From Candidatus Hydrogenedentota bacterium (lineage in GTDB: Bacteria; Hydrogenedentota; Hydrogenedentia; Hydrogenedentales; SLHB01): a stretch of 64,000 nt of DNA. The stretch spans positions 90,188-154,187 of the forward strand of contig BTVY01000010.1 of assembly GCA_045863335.1 (NCBI GenBank). Reading direction: 5' to 3'. Of this stretch, positions 50,068-59,279 are shown piece after piece. A program made the translations under genes and the position numbers. Under the pieces are notes generated by a model. It was not told the origin of the DNA. It saw nothing but the letters and a program-made list of their open reading frames with translations, and ran no database searches. The number at the start of each line of letters is the position of its first letter. The stretch's first letter is position 1.

Positions 50068-51477
50068 TTAGTCGCGATCGACCGCCCATTCTACATTCGT
50101 GTTGGCCTGGGCGATATCGAGAAACTCGGCGCAGGCTTCGCACGTCTCGGCAAGACAGAGAAACTGCCCCTTGTGCACGAGCCCATCAGGCCCGAAGTTG
50201 AAGTTCACCGGCACGACGCCGCGCGTCTTGCCGGGACGATATAGATAACCGCCGCGCTCGAACATGGCCAGAAGAGCCCCGCCGGGCAACGGCGCATCGA
50301 GGCGGAGGTTGCGGTGCAGCCACGCGCCCTCGGGCAGAAACTTGCGCGCGATAACGGACGGATACGTCGCGCCCGTTACGCGGGCGTTCAACTCGCAGAT
50401 GTACACCCCTGGATCGTGGCGGCCTTCATACCGGACGAGGAGGAAATCCGCGCTCGCCGTGCCTCGATAGCCCACCTCATGGAGCCAGCGGCCCGCCACA
50501 CCGGCCTGTTCGAAAAGCGCATCGCGAACGCCCGGGTATACACTGAGATACGGCGGCGGCGAAACATTGCCCTCGTGCACGCTCGTCTCGCTTAGGATCT
50601 GCTCCGTTACGTCGTACAGGTATACGGTGGTTTCGTTCACGAAGATCTGCACACTCGGACTGCAGATCGCTTCCACGCCGCCGCAACCGGGTTCCAGCCA
50701 GCCTTGCACGATGCATGGCCCCTCATGGAACAGGTACGCGGGGATATCGGAAGCATCAATTTTCTTTCGGATATCCTCTAACTTCATCATCCCGATGCCG
50801 GATGCGCCGACTTGCGCCTTCACGACGGCCGCGCGAAATCCGCGATCCGCCAGGTCGCGCGCACACGCAGGAATGTCCGCAGCCGATTCCGCGAAGCACG
50901 TATCGACGACGGGCAGTCCATGGGCCTCGAGAAACTGATGGAGCTTCAACTTGTTGTTTCCGCACCGGCTGCCTTCTTCCGAGGTGATGGTTTGCTTGCC
51001 GAGCTTTTGGGCGATGTTGACGAGCGTTTTATCCGTGACAAACCCGTCTACCCAGCGGCTTTCGTGTCCAGCAAGTTCCCGGACGAGTTCGATTGTTTCG
51101 GCGTCGTCGCGCGCGACCGATTCTCCGAACTGGAGAAACTCCTCGCGTGTCATGACGTGCATGTCGGGAAGCGAGAGGCCGAGATCGTCCTGAAAATAGG
51201 CGCACAGATTCGGATCGGGTTCGCGCGGCAAGACCAGAATGTTGCCGGGATTGTGGAACAGCAGGTTCACGATTGGAACCAACCGGCCGCCGTAGGAGTC
51301 AATCTCGCCCACTTCGCGGCGGAGGGAGGCGGTGCCGCCTTCGTTGCCGAAGAACAGGGAGAGGAGATTCGCGAAAAACGTCACGTCCCGCGGCCAGAAT
51401 TCGGGCAGGCGGCCGTGGGTGTCGATCACCTCCACCGCGGGCGTTGGGGTGTTTTCAGACGTCGGAGATACCGTCAT
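50068..51477 (-). CDS. ATP-grasp ligase with pre-ATP-grasp domain (PGM1-like)
   Basis: NNK, VVK...GASGIG, IVQ.W, SPSVQ, EQIL..HEGN, GYRG..SADF, ELNARVTGATY. Confidence 0.75.
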   Translation of the reverse strand: MTVSPTSENTPTPAVEVIDTHGRLPEFWPRDVTFFANLLSLFFGNEGGTASLRREVGEIDSYGGRLVPIVNLLFHNPGNILVLPREPDPNLCAYFQDDLGLSLPDMHVMTREEFLQFGESVARDDAETIELVRELAGHESRWVDGFVTDKTLVNIAQKLGKQTITSEEGSRCGNNKLKLHQFLEAHGLPVVDTCFAESAADIPACARDLADRGFRAAVVKAQVGASGIGMMKLEDIRKKIDASDIPAYLFHEGPCIVQGWLEPGCGGVEAICSPSVQIFVNETTVYLYDVTEQILSETSVHEGNVSPPPYLSVYPGVRDALFEQAGVAGRWLHEVGYRGTASADFLLVRYEGRHDPGVYICELNARVTGATYPSVIARKFLPEGAWLHRNLRLDAPLPGGALLAMFERGGYLYRPGKTRGVVPVNFNFGPDGLVHKGQFLCLAETCEACAEFLDIAQANTNVEWAVDRD

Positions 51478-51581
51478 GCGATTGGCTCTCGGGCTGTAGG
51501 GACCTCAGGTTCGGTGCGGGAACGCACGGAGCGATGAACACCTGCCGGATATGCTGCGCGATTCCGCGCAGGTTGTCAACG

Positions 51582-54002
51582 TCACTCGTAGATGAACTCC
51601 ACTGAGGCCGTGGTATCGCGGGAGGCGACGGCCCGAATCCAATACGCCTGGAGGCTGTCCGGAAAGGTATGCCACGGTGTCCGCGTTTTGGCGGGAACTT
51701 CGACCAACATGAACCGCTGCCAAGAACCCGTGCCAGTGATATCGATCTCGATGTGAAAAGTGACGGCCGCGTCCCCCTCGTTTTCGAGGGCCATCCGCTT
51801 CCGGTCGTACCCGAAGAACAGATACGGATCTGACGGTGTGCCGGCTGTAACCTGCGTGTGTTTCCACGGCCCGCCATGCCCGGTAGGCTTGCCGAACTGC
51901 CAGAGGTCGTCGACCGCGCCGACCCATACGGCGCAGCGGCCATCGTCAGATCGCACGACATGGCGGTTGCCTTTCGCCTCGTCACGATCGATACCGGACA
52001 TCACCAGGAGCCCCCGCCAGGAACAGTAGTCGCGGATACGCCGGTTGTGCGTGGCGATGGGGCGAATCTTGGCGAAGCCGCCCGCGTTCTGCGCAGGTAG
52101 TTCATAGAACGTGCCGAGGCAATTGAAGAGATCCCGCTCCGTGCACACCTCACGATCGATGCGCTCGGATCCCAACGGACCGGGTTCTTCGAGGGCCGGA
52201 TCGCCCTTGGGGAGGCGGTATCGTTTTCCGTCGTCATCAATGTACAGTGCGGACGCGTCGTCGATGGTCAGCACGTTCGCCGGTACCGCGAGGTGTTCAC
52301 GCATCCAGGCATAGCTGTCCTTGTCTTCCACTACTTCGAGTTGCACCGCGCCGTCCATTTCGAAGAGGCTGCCGTCATCCAGCGCGATGCGTAACGTTCC
52401 GGTGTTGTCTCCACGCGCCCAAAGCAAACCGCCGACGGAAGCCGGCGACTCCGGAGCTGCCAAGCCGTCGAAGATGGCTGCGGCCTTGCCCGTGCGGGGG
52501 TCGGCGGCCGCGTACGTGAACTGCGCGGTCAGGCGATCCACTGCCCGGTCGGCACGCACGCGAATCCACGATCCCGGCGAGCACGGATCAAATGCCTGCC
52601 AGACATAGCCTGGCGGCACCGCTCGTGTGAGGAGTTCGCGCCAAGTCCCCGTTCCATCCGGATCGATTTCAAATGTCAGGTTCACCGGCGCATCGCCGCC
52701 GTTGACCAGGTGTACTGCCCGCCGCTCAAAACCCGCGAATAGAAACGGTTCTGAAGGGGCATCCGCCTCGACGGAATCGTCCAGCCACACCGCGCCCCGG
52801 CCGATGGGCGGTCCAAAGTCTTCCAGTTGGCTGGGGGCCACGAACCATAGATTGGATTGGGACTGTCCCGGAGCGGCGATGTCGCCCTGGGCCATGCGCT
52901 TGTTGAGAAACTCGGCCTTGGCCGTGTCGTCGCATCCGAAAACGACGCGATCGTTCCATCGCGTGAAATCGCCGATGACTTTCAAGTACGTGGAGCGGGG
53001 CGCAATTCCAGCAGAATCTTCGGCTGTGAAGCTTCGGGGGAAGCGCCAGAACATCCCGTGCATCGTCATCAGCAGATCGTCCTCGCCAATGTCCCGGATG
53101 CGCGGCCATTCCGTGTTCCAGCCATGGGCGCCGTCGTAGCAATGGCTTGCCTTGGGCAAGCGGTAGGAATGCCAGTTCCCGTCGTCGCGCACCATGAGAA
53201 TCAGCGAACGATGATCCCATCCGATACTCCAGATGGGGTCCGTTTCGGGATGCTCGTTCCCGCGCAACCCGCCGGGTCCGGTGACTTCCGTGAACTGGTT
53301 CCGGCGCACGACCGTCCACGTTGCGCCGTCCCATTCCGCGAGGCAACCGGATGCCACGTCGGGCCGATCCCGGGCGAGTTGCGAGTGTTCACCGTTATTG
53401 GCGTACACGAGCCGCCCCTGACCGGAGTACAGTCCTTTGCCGTGGTATCCGGGCAAGAGCGCCCCTGCGACGTCGCCCACACGATTGCCGTCGGGATAGA
53501 GTTCAGTGACGGCCAGCGTGTGGACATCGACCTCGTAGAACCCTTCTTCCATGGTCGCATAGTAGATGCGGTTCTCCGGATCGGACAGATGGCGCGCGTT
53601 GCCCGTGGGCCGGCCGTACAGGTCATCGAAGGGAATCACCCGCACCGCGCCGGTCGAATCGATCGCATACGGTCCGATGAACAACTGGTTGGACTCGGCA
53701 TGGATCATCCGGTTCGCCGGGGTGCCGCCGACGCTTTCTTCGTGAATCGTGAGTTGAAGGTCATCATCTATGGAGTACAGCTTGTCTGTGGAGCCGCCGG
53801 GCGCATGAGGCGCATAGGTCACCAGCCAAAGCCGGTCCGCCCATGGGACGACGGCACCGGTCCCGCATTCGTTCTCCTGGTTGTAGTACGCAAGATGCGG
53901 GTAGATGCCCGACCACGAGGGAGGTTCGTCAGCGTGCGGTACCGTCGGCCCCCAGATGAGCACGACCACAAGCCACGGTAACCGGTGCAACATCCAATTC
54001 AT
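51582..54002 (-). CDS. Large secreted hypothetical protein
   Basis: About 806 aa, signal peptide, Trp/Gly-rich (SGIYPHLA..N...ECGTGAVVPWADRLW); GC-skewed codon usage. Confidence 0.75.
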   Translation of the reverse strand: MNWMLHRLPWLVVVLIWGPTVPHADEPPSWSGIYPHLAYYNQENECGTGAVVPWADRLWLVTYAPHAPGGSTDKLYSIDDDLQLTIHEESVGGTPANRMIHAESNQLFIGPYAIDSTGAVRVIPFDDLYGRPTGNARHLSDPENRIYYATMEEGFYEVDVHTLAVTELYPDGNRVGDVAGALLPGYHGKGLYSGQGRLVYANNGEHSQLARDRPDVASGCLAEWDGATWTVVRRNQFTEVTGPGGLRGNEHPETDPIWSIGWDHRSLILMVRDDGNWHSYRLPKASHCYDGAHGWNTEWPRIRDIGEDDLLMTMHGMFWRFPRSFTAEDSAGIAPRSTYLKVIGDFTRWNDRVVFGCDDTAKAEFLNKRMAQGDIAAPGQSQSNLWFVAPSQLEDFGPPIGRGAVWLDDSVEADAPSEPFLFAGFERRAVHLVNGGDAPVNLTFEIDPDGTGTWRELLTRAVPPGYVWQAFDPCSPGSWIRVRADRAVDRLTAQFTYAAADPRTGKAAAIFDGLAAPESPASVGGLLWARGDNTGTLRIALDDGSLFEMDGAVQLEVVEDKDSYAWMREHLAVPANVLTIDDASALYIDDDGKRYRLPKGDPALEEPGPLGSERIDREVCTERDLFNCLGTFYELPAQNAGGFAKIRPIATHNRRIRDYCSWRGLLVMSGIDRDEAKGNRHVVRSDDGRCAVWVGAVDDLWQFGKPTGHGGPWKHTQVTAGTPSDPYLFFGYDRKRMALENEGDAAVTFHIEIDITGTGSWQRFMLVEVPAKTRTPWHTFPDSLQAYWIRAVASRDTTASVEFIYE

Positions 54003-54157
54003 GGCAGGAATCACTCTCCTTCTCGATGGCCACCAGGCCCATTTGTCCGTCACCGTAAGCAAACGGTGACCGCCAATCAACCATGTCCGGTTGCAATCGA
54101 CTTAATAACTGCGGATACTTTGGGGTTGCGGAGCAAGCCATCTGGGAGATCTCTTGA

Positions 54158-55960
54158 ATGAGCACGGCAGTCGTTGCGGTATTGTCGTTTGTCGGGTTTA
54201 TCGTGGCGTACAACACGTACGGGCGTTATCTCGCGCGAAAGATTTTTGATTTAGATCCGAACGCGGAAGTTCCTTCGCGCCAGTTGAACGACGGCGTGGA
54301 CTTCGTGCCGACGCAGCGCAGCGTCGTGTTTGGCCACCATTTCACGTCCATCGCGGGTACGGGCCCCATCGTCGGGCCGGCGATCGCGGTGTTCTGGGGC
54401 TGGTTGCCGGCCTTGTTGTGGGTGCTGGTCGGGTCCATTTTCATCGGCGCGGTGCACGACTTCGGGTCGCTCGTAGTCTCCATGCGCTCGCGGGGGCAAA
54501 CCATCGGCAACGTGGCGGCGCGGATGATTTCGAAACGCGCGCGGATTCTGTTCCTGCTCGTGCTGTTCTTCGCGCTCACGGTAGTGCTGGCCATCTTCGG
54601 GCTGGTCATCGCGGCGATCTTCTCCGTATACCCCGAGTCCGTGTTGTCCGTATGGATCGCCATGCCGCTAGCTGTGCTTGTGGGATTCTGGATCTACCGT
54701 CGTGGCGGAGGGTTGTTGTGGCCGTCCTTGTTCGCCCTGGTGGTGCTATACGGGGCCGTCGTGATCGGCGTTGAGTATCTGCCGATAACGTTCGGCGAGA
54801 ATGTGCCGCTGTTTGGCGATCCCAATGCCGGGTTCGTCGGCGCCATGAAGTCCAGCGTCGTGATATGGACCGCCATCCTGCTTGTATACTGCTTTTTCGC
54901 GAGTGTGCTGCCCGTATGGGTTTTGCTGCAACCGCGTGACTACATCAATTCCCATCAACTGCTTGTAGCGTTGGTGCTGCTGGTTGGGGGCCTGTTCGTG
55001 GCCCATCCCGCGCTCGTCGCGCCCGCCATCAGCAGCGACGTCCCGGCCGACGCGCCGCCGATTATGCCGTTCCTCTTTATCACCATCGCCTGCGGCGCAG
55101 TGTCGGGGTTCCACTGTCTCGTTTCGTCCGGCACGACTTCCAAGCAAATCAAGAACGAAACTGACGCGCAATACATCGGCTATGGCGCCATGCTGATGGA
55201 AGGCGTTCTGGCCGTATTGGTGATTCTCGCCTGCTGCGCGGGGCTAGGGATGGGGATTGAAAAGGACGGGGCCGCGCTTGCCGGGTACGACGCGTGGCAC
55301 GGCTATTATGGCACGAGTTGGAAGGGAATGAGCCTCGCGCAGAACGTGGGCGCTTTCGTCGAAGGCGGCGCGAACATGATCGCCGCGCTGGGTATCCCGC
55401 GCGACGTGTGTATCGGCATCATCGCGGTAATGGTGGCGTGTTTTGCCGCGACGACCCTGGATACGGCGACGCGGTTGCAACGCTACGTCATCCAGGAATT
55501 GGGCGGGGCCCTGCGCATCACGCCGCTCACCAACAAATATGTGGCGACGACCATCGCCGTAGTGACGGGGGGAATCATCGCCATGATCCCCGGACCCAAG
55601 GGCGTCCCTGGCACCGGTGGACTGCTGCTTTGGCCACTCTTCGGCGCGACGAACCAGTTGCTTGCGGGGCTGGCCTTTCTCGTGATCGCCTTCTACCTCA
55701 TTCGGCACAACAAGCCGGTCTGGTTTCTTGCCCTGCCCGCCGTCTTGATGCTGGTGTTGCCGGCCTGGGCACTGAGCATCCAAATCAAGGAGTTCTACGA
55801 CGCCGGCAACTGGCTGCTGTTTGCCGTCGGTTTGTTTGTGGAGGCCTTGCAGGTCTGGATGATCGCGGAGGGGGCGATCATGTGGCGCAAGGCCAAGGGT
55901 GTCTTGCCGGAACCGTTGCCACCCCTCGAACCGGTTGCGGTTACCGACGCGCAAACCTAA
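54158..55960 (+). CDS. cstA: Carbon starvation protein A (peptide/pyruvate transporter)
   Basis: DGVDFVP, FGHHF.SIAG.GPIVGP, GAVHDF, LLQPRDYIN, IACGAVSGFH, WPLFGATNQLLA. Confidence 0.93.
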   Translation: MSTAVVAVLSFVGFIVAYNTYGRYLARKIFDLDPNAEVPSRQLNDGVDFVPTQRSVVFGHHFTSIAGTGPIVGPAIAVFWGWLPALLWVLVGSIFIGAVHDFGSLVVSMRSRGQTIGNVAARMISKRARILFLLVLFFALTVVLAIFGLVIAAIFSVYPESVLSVWIAMPLAVLVGFWIYRRGGGLLWPSLFALVVLYGAVVIGVEYLPITFGENVPLFGDPNAGFVGAMKSSVVIWTAILLVYCFFASVLPVWVLLQPRDYINSHQLLVALVLLVGGLFVAHPALVAPAISSDVPADAPPIMPFLFITIACGAVSGFHCLVSSGTTSKQIKNETDAQYIGYGAMLMEGVLAVLVILACCAGLGMGIEKDGAALAGYDAWHGYYGTSWKGMSLAQNVGAFVEGGANMIAALGIPRDVCIGIIAVMVACFAATTLDTATRLQRYVIQELGGALRITPLTNKYVATTIAVVTGGIIAMIPGPKGVPGTGGLLLWPLFGATNQLLAGLAFLVIAFYLIRHNKPVWFLALPAVLMLVLPAWALSIQIKEFYDAGNWLLFAVGLFVEALQVWMIAEGAIMWRKAKGVLPEPLPPLEPVAVTDAQT

Positions 55961-56011
55961 TATGGCCCGGCGCGGCCCATGGGGCTGCACCCCGAGGGAG
56001 GGACTTGCATC

Positions 56012-57727
56012 GTGTGCGCCGCTAAACGACTCGCAATTGTATTGTGCTTGGCGGTGTCGATTTGCTTCAGTGTGCCCAGGGCTCAGGCGCATGACTATTC
56101 TTCCACATTGCCGGCGATTCGTGTTCCGCTGGCCGCGTCGAACGGTTCGGCGTTCGACATGCTCGCGGAACCGGTGTCGCAATTTGACGCCGCGTGCGCG
56201 CTTCGGCTTCGTTTTGTCCATGCGGGGTCCCGCAAACCTGCGGCAGTTCTGGTACGAATCATAGACCGTGACGGACGGCGCGTTCGGTTACCCGGATTGT
56301 TGTCTCGCGCGGCCGCGCTGTCGCCTAACAGTGTCGGCGCGTCGTCGTTTGTCCATGCCGATAGCTGGTCCATCGTACCCGGCGAGCTTGTGGTCGCGGT
56401 TCCGCAGGAGGTACTCACGATTGAAGCCATTCGCGGACCGAATTCGACGTGGTTCTCCAAAACGCTAGATCTTCGCGGAAAAGCGGAAGCAAGCATGGAA
56501 GAGACGATTGAACCACTAATCGACGGCGCGTATTCGTGGCGGGGCGGCAACCCGCACCTTCATCTACAGAAGATGACGTTGGACGAGGCCGAACGCTACG
56601 CCTGCGAAACGGCGGCTGCGGATGGATTTGACGTCGTATTCCTCTCCTACCTCGAACGGGCGGAAGCGGACCTGGAGTACATCTCCAACACGTTTACAGC
56701 AGACGATCTTGCGCGCTTCACAAAACGCAGCGGTGTCCTTTTCGCCTATGGCGAGGAGTATCGCCACAACTTCGTGAAGAACAGCGAAGGCTACGGCCAT
56801 GTCATGTTCCTCGACCTCAAGGAGCTGATTTTGCCGGCGAGCCTGGGATATGCGATTACCCGTTCGTCGAATGACGATCAGCCGTTGCGCGACGGAATCA
56901 TCCGCGCGCGGAAGCAAGACGCGACAGTCCTCTGGTGCCACGGAACGCAGGGGTACGAAGATATCCCAAGTTGGTTTGCCGGATTGGTCGATGTGCAGAT
57001 GATCTTCGACCAGGGCAGCAAGGGCACCTATGAATCCGCCATCTACCGCTATCTCAACGCGGGGTTGCGCGTACCGCTGGCCACCGGTACGGATTGGTTT
57101 TTTCGGGACATGGCCATGGCCTACGTGCAGGTCGATGAACCGCTTACTAAGGAGCGCTGGTTGGAAGCCTTGCGTGAAGGGAGATCGTTCATCACCAACG
57201 GACCATTGATTGCATTCACCGTGAACGGCCAGCCGATTGGCTCCGCCATCGACGCCGTACCCGGAGATACGCTGGACGTGGCCGCGTCCATCGTCTGCCG
57301 GGGCGATTTCAACGACCTGGAACTCGTACAGAATGGACACGTCGTCGGCCGCGCGAATGCTGTCTGGCGCGACGGCCGGTTCATTGCCGAGTTTCGTCAA
57401 ACGCTTCCGGTCGACGAAGCGTCCTGGTACGCGGTCCGCGCGACGCCTTTTACGGCCAACTACGACAAGCCCGAGACTTCCGGCGTGGGGTACAACGAAT
57501 ACGGCAAACCCTACTTCGCCCATTCAAGTCCCATCTACGTGACCGTCAATGGCCGTGATACGCTACTGCCTGAGGCTGTTGTGTCGCTGTTGGACGAGGT
57601 TCGCGGCAGCCGCGCGTTCGTCGCGGAGGAAGGGGATTTCACCTCGGACGCGGATCGCAATCGGCTCCTCGGAATCTACGACGAAGCGGCGGAAAGCATT
57701 CAGCAACGGGTGGCACCGTCCAAATAG
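56012..57727 (+). CDS. CehA/McbA-family (PHP-like) metallohydrolase, exported
   Basis: GNPHLH, GEEYRH, GH, WCH, YLNAG.RVP..TGTD, GRSFITNGP, AHSSPIYV; start uncertain. Confidence 0.75.
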   Translation: MCAAKRLAIVLCLAVSICFSVPRAQAHDYSSTLPAIRVPLAASNGSAFDMLAEPVSQFDAACALRLRFVHAGSRKPAAVLVRIIDRDGRRVRLPGLLSRAAALSPNSVGASSFVHADSWSIVPGELVVAVPQEVLTIEAIRGPNSTWFSKTLDLRGKAEASMEETIEPLIDGAYSWRGGNPHLHLQKMTLDEAERYACETAAADGFDVVFLSYLERAEADLEYISNTFTADDLARFTKRSGVLFAYGEEYRHNFVKNSEGYGHVMFLDLKELILPASLGYAITRSSNDDQPLRDGIIRARKQDATVLWCHGTQGYEDIPSWFAGLVDVQMIFDQGSKGTYESAIYRYLNAGLRVPLATGTDWFFRDMAMAYVQVDEPLTKERWLEALREGRSFITNGPLIAFTVNGQPIGSAIDAVPGDTLDVAASIVCRGDFNDLELVQNGHVVGRANAVWRDGRFIAEFRQTLPVDEASWYAVRATPFTANYDKPETSGVGYNEYGKPYFAHSSPIYVTVNGRDTLLPEAVVSLLDEVRGSRAFVAEEGDFTSDADRNRLLGIYDEAAESIQQRVAPSK

Positions 57728-57760
57728 TCTACGGGTCCGAGCTCCGTTTGGGCACCTCCG

Positions 57761-57789
57761 TTGACGCGCACCCTTGCGCCATCTACAAT
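57761..57789 (+). promoter_or_regulatory. sigma70-like promoter
   Basis: TTGACG-17 bp-TACAAT. Confidence 0.65.
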
Positions 57790-57837
57790 CGCCGGGTGTG
57801 TCAGGCACATTGGCTGCGGGCAACCAAGGACTGAATC

Positions 57838-59016
57838 ATGATCATGACCCTGATTACGATGGCCACATTGGGCGCGTTGCCGGGTGAACCGATGTACCGC
57901 GCCGACGATGCGGAACACGTGAAGGTCTATTACGAGCCGGGACGTTTCGGCGGATGGCCGGCGAACTACGGTATCTGGAACTGGGGCGATGAGATCCTGG
58001 TCGGATACAGCCGGGGCTATCACAAGGACCTCGGTCCGACGATGCATCACATCGACCGCGAGAAACCGGAAGAGTTCTGGCTGGCGCGCAGCAAGGACGG
58101 CGGGAAGACGTGGACCCATGAACACCCCGCGGAACAGGGATCACTGATTCCGCGCGGCGTTGCTCTACACGGGACGGAAACGCCGGGACTGAAACTGCCG
58201 CCAGTCACCGACTTGAAGGAGCCCATGGACTTCACGCATCCCGACTTCGTGCTGACGTTCCGCATGGATGACTACCAAGGCGGATTGTCCCGCTTCGAGT
58301 ATTCCTATGATCGCGGTAAAACCTGGAAGGGCCCTTACGCGTTGCCAAACTTCGGCACCCCGGGCACCGCGGCGCGCACGGACTACATCGTGAACGGCAA
58401 GCACGACGCCTTCTTCTTCATCACCGTCGCAAAAGAGAACGGGCGCGAAGGGCGGCCCGCATGCGTGCGCACCCAGGACGGGGGCGTTACCTGGGAATTG
58501 GTTTCCTTCATCGGTCCCGAGCCGGAAGGCTTCGCCATCATGCCGTCGACCGTTCGGATTTCGGATACGGAGCTGTTCACGACCCTGCGCTGCCGGGAAG
58601 GCACGTTCCGGTGGATCTCCGCATGGCGCAGTTTGGACAACGGTAAGTCCTGGAGCTTCGAGAACAACCCAGTCGAGTATGCCGGGGAAGGCAATCCGCC
58701 GAGTCTGAATAAGTTGCCCGACGGGCGGCTCTGCCTGACCTACGGGTTCCGCGGGTATCCTTACAGCATCCGCGCGCGCCTCAGCGACGACAACGGCAAG
58801 ACCTGGGGCCCGCAGATCGTCCTCCGCGACGACGGTACGGACCGCGACATCGGGTACGTGCGCAGCATCGTGCGCCCGGACGGCAAGGTCGTGACGACCT
58901 ATTACATCAACGATCAGGCCACCGGCCCCGAACGCTACATCGGCGCGACCATCTGGGATCCGAACAAGATCTCGGAGATTACCAGCGGCAACGCGGAGCG
59001 CCAGGCGGCGTTTTAG
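57838..59016 (+). CDS. BNR/Asp-box sialidase-fold protein
   Basis: Five Asp boxes: SKDGGKTW, SYDRGKTW, TQDGGVTW, SLDNGKSW, SDDNGKTW. Confidence 0.85.
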   Translation: MIMTLITMATLGALPGEPMYRADDAEHVKVYYEPGRFGGWPANYGIWNWGDEILVGYSRGYHKDLGPTMHHIDREKPEEFWLARSKDGGKTWTHEHPAEQGSLIPRGVALHGTETPGLKLPPVTDLKEPMDFTHPDFVLTFRMDDYQGGLSRFEYSYDRGKTWKGPYALPNFGTPGTAARTDYIVNGKHDAFFFITVAKENGREGRPACVRTQDGGVTWELVSFIGPEPEGFAIMPSTVRISDTELFTTLRCREGTFRWISAWRSLDNGKSWSFENNPVEYAGEGNPPSLNKLPDGRLCLTYGFRGYPYSIRARLSDDNGKTWGPQIVLRDDGTDRDIGYVRSIVRPDGKVVTTYYINDQATGPERYIGATIWDPNKISEITSGNAERQAAF

Positions 59017-59165
59017 GGAGACTGACGGACCGAAAACGGGTATAGTTAGTTATCGCCGCAAGGCGGTCTGTGTGAAAGGAACGCAGGGGTTTCCGGCGCA
59101 GCCGCGTACTGGCGCAGAATCTCTGTGAGCTACGCGTGCCAACGATCGAAGGGAAGGAGACCATC

Positions 59166-59258
59166 ATGCCGTCGTTCAATCCGTTTCAGATCCTGTACCG
59201 CCTGTTCCTGATCATCATCAGCCTGCTGACGCCCGGATACGGACAAGTGATTCTGTAA
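59166..59258 (+). CDS. 30 aa hydrophobic microprotein (not in ORF track)
   Basis: GGAAGGAG RBS 6-7 nt before ATG; MPSFNPFQILYRLFLIIISLLTPGYGQVIL*; GC-rich third positions. Confidence 0.6.
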   Translation: MPSFNPFQILYRLFLIIISLLTPGYGQVIL

Positions 59259-59279
59259 GCGACGCGGCGTTTCGTCCCA

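Noticed and set aside
48853-51477. Genomic island integrated at tRNA-Lys
   Set aside because: No integrase, no duplicated tRNA 3' end seen, and host-like composition
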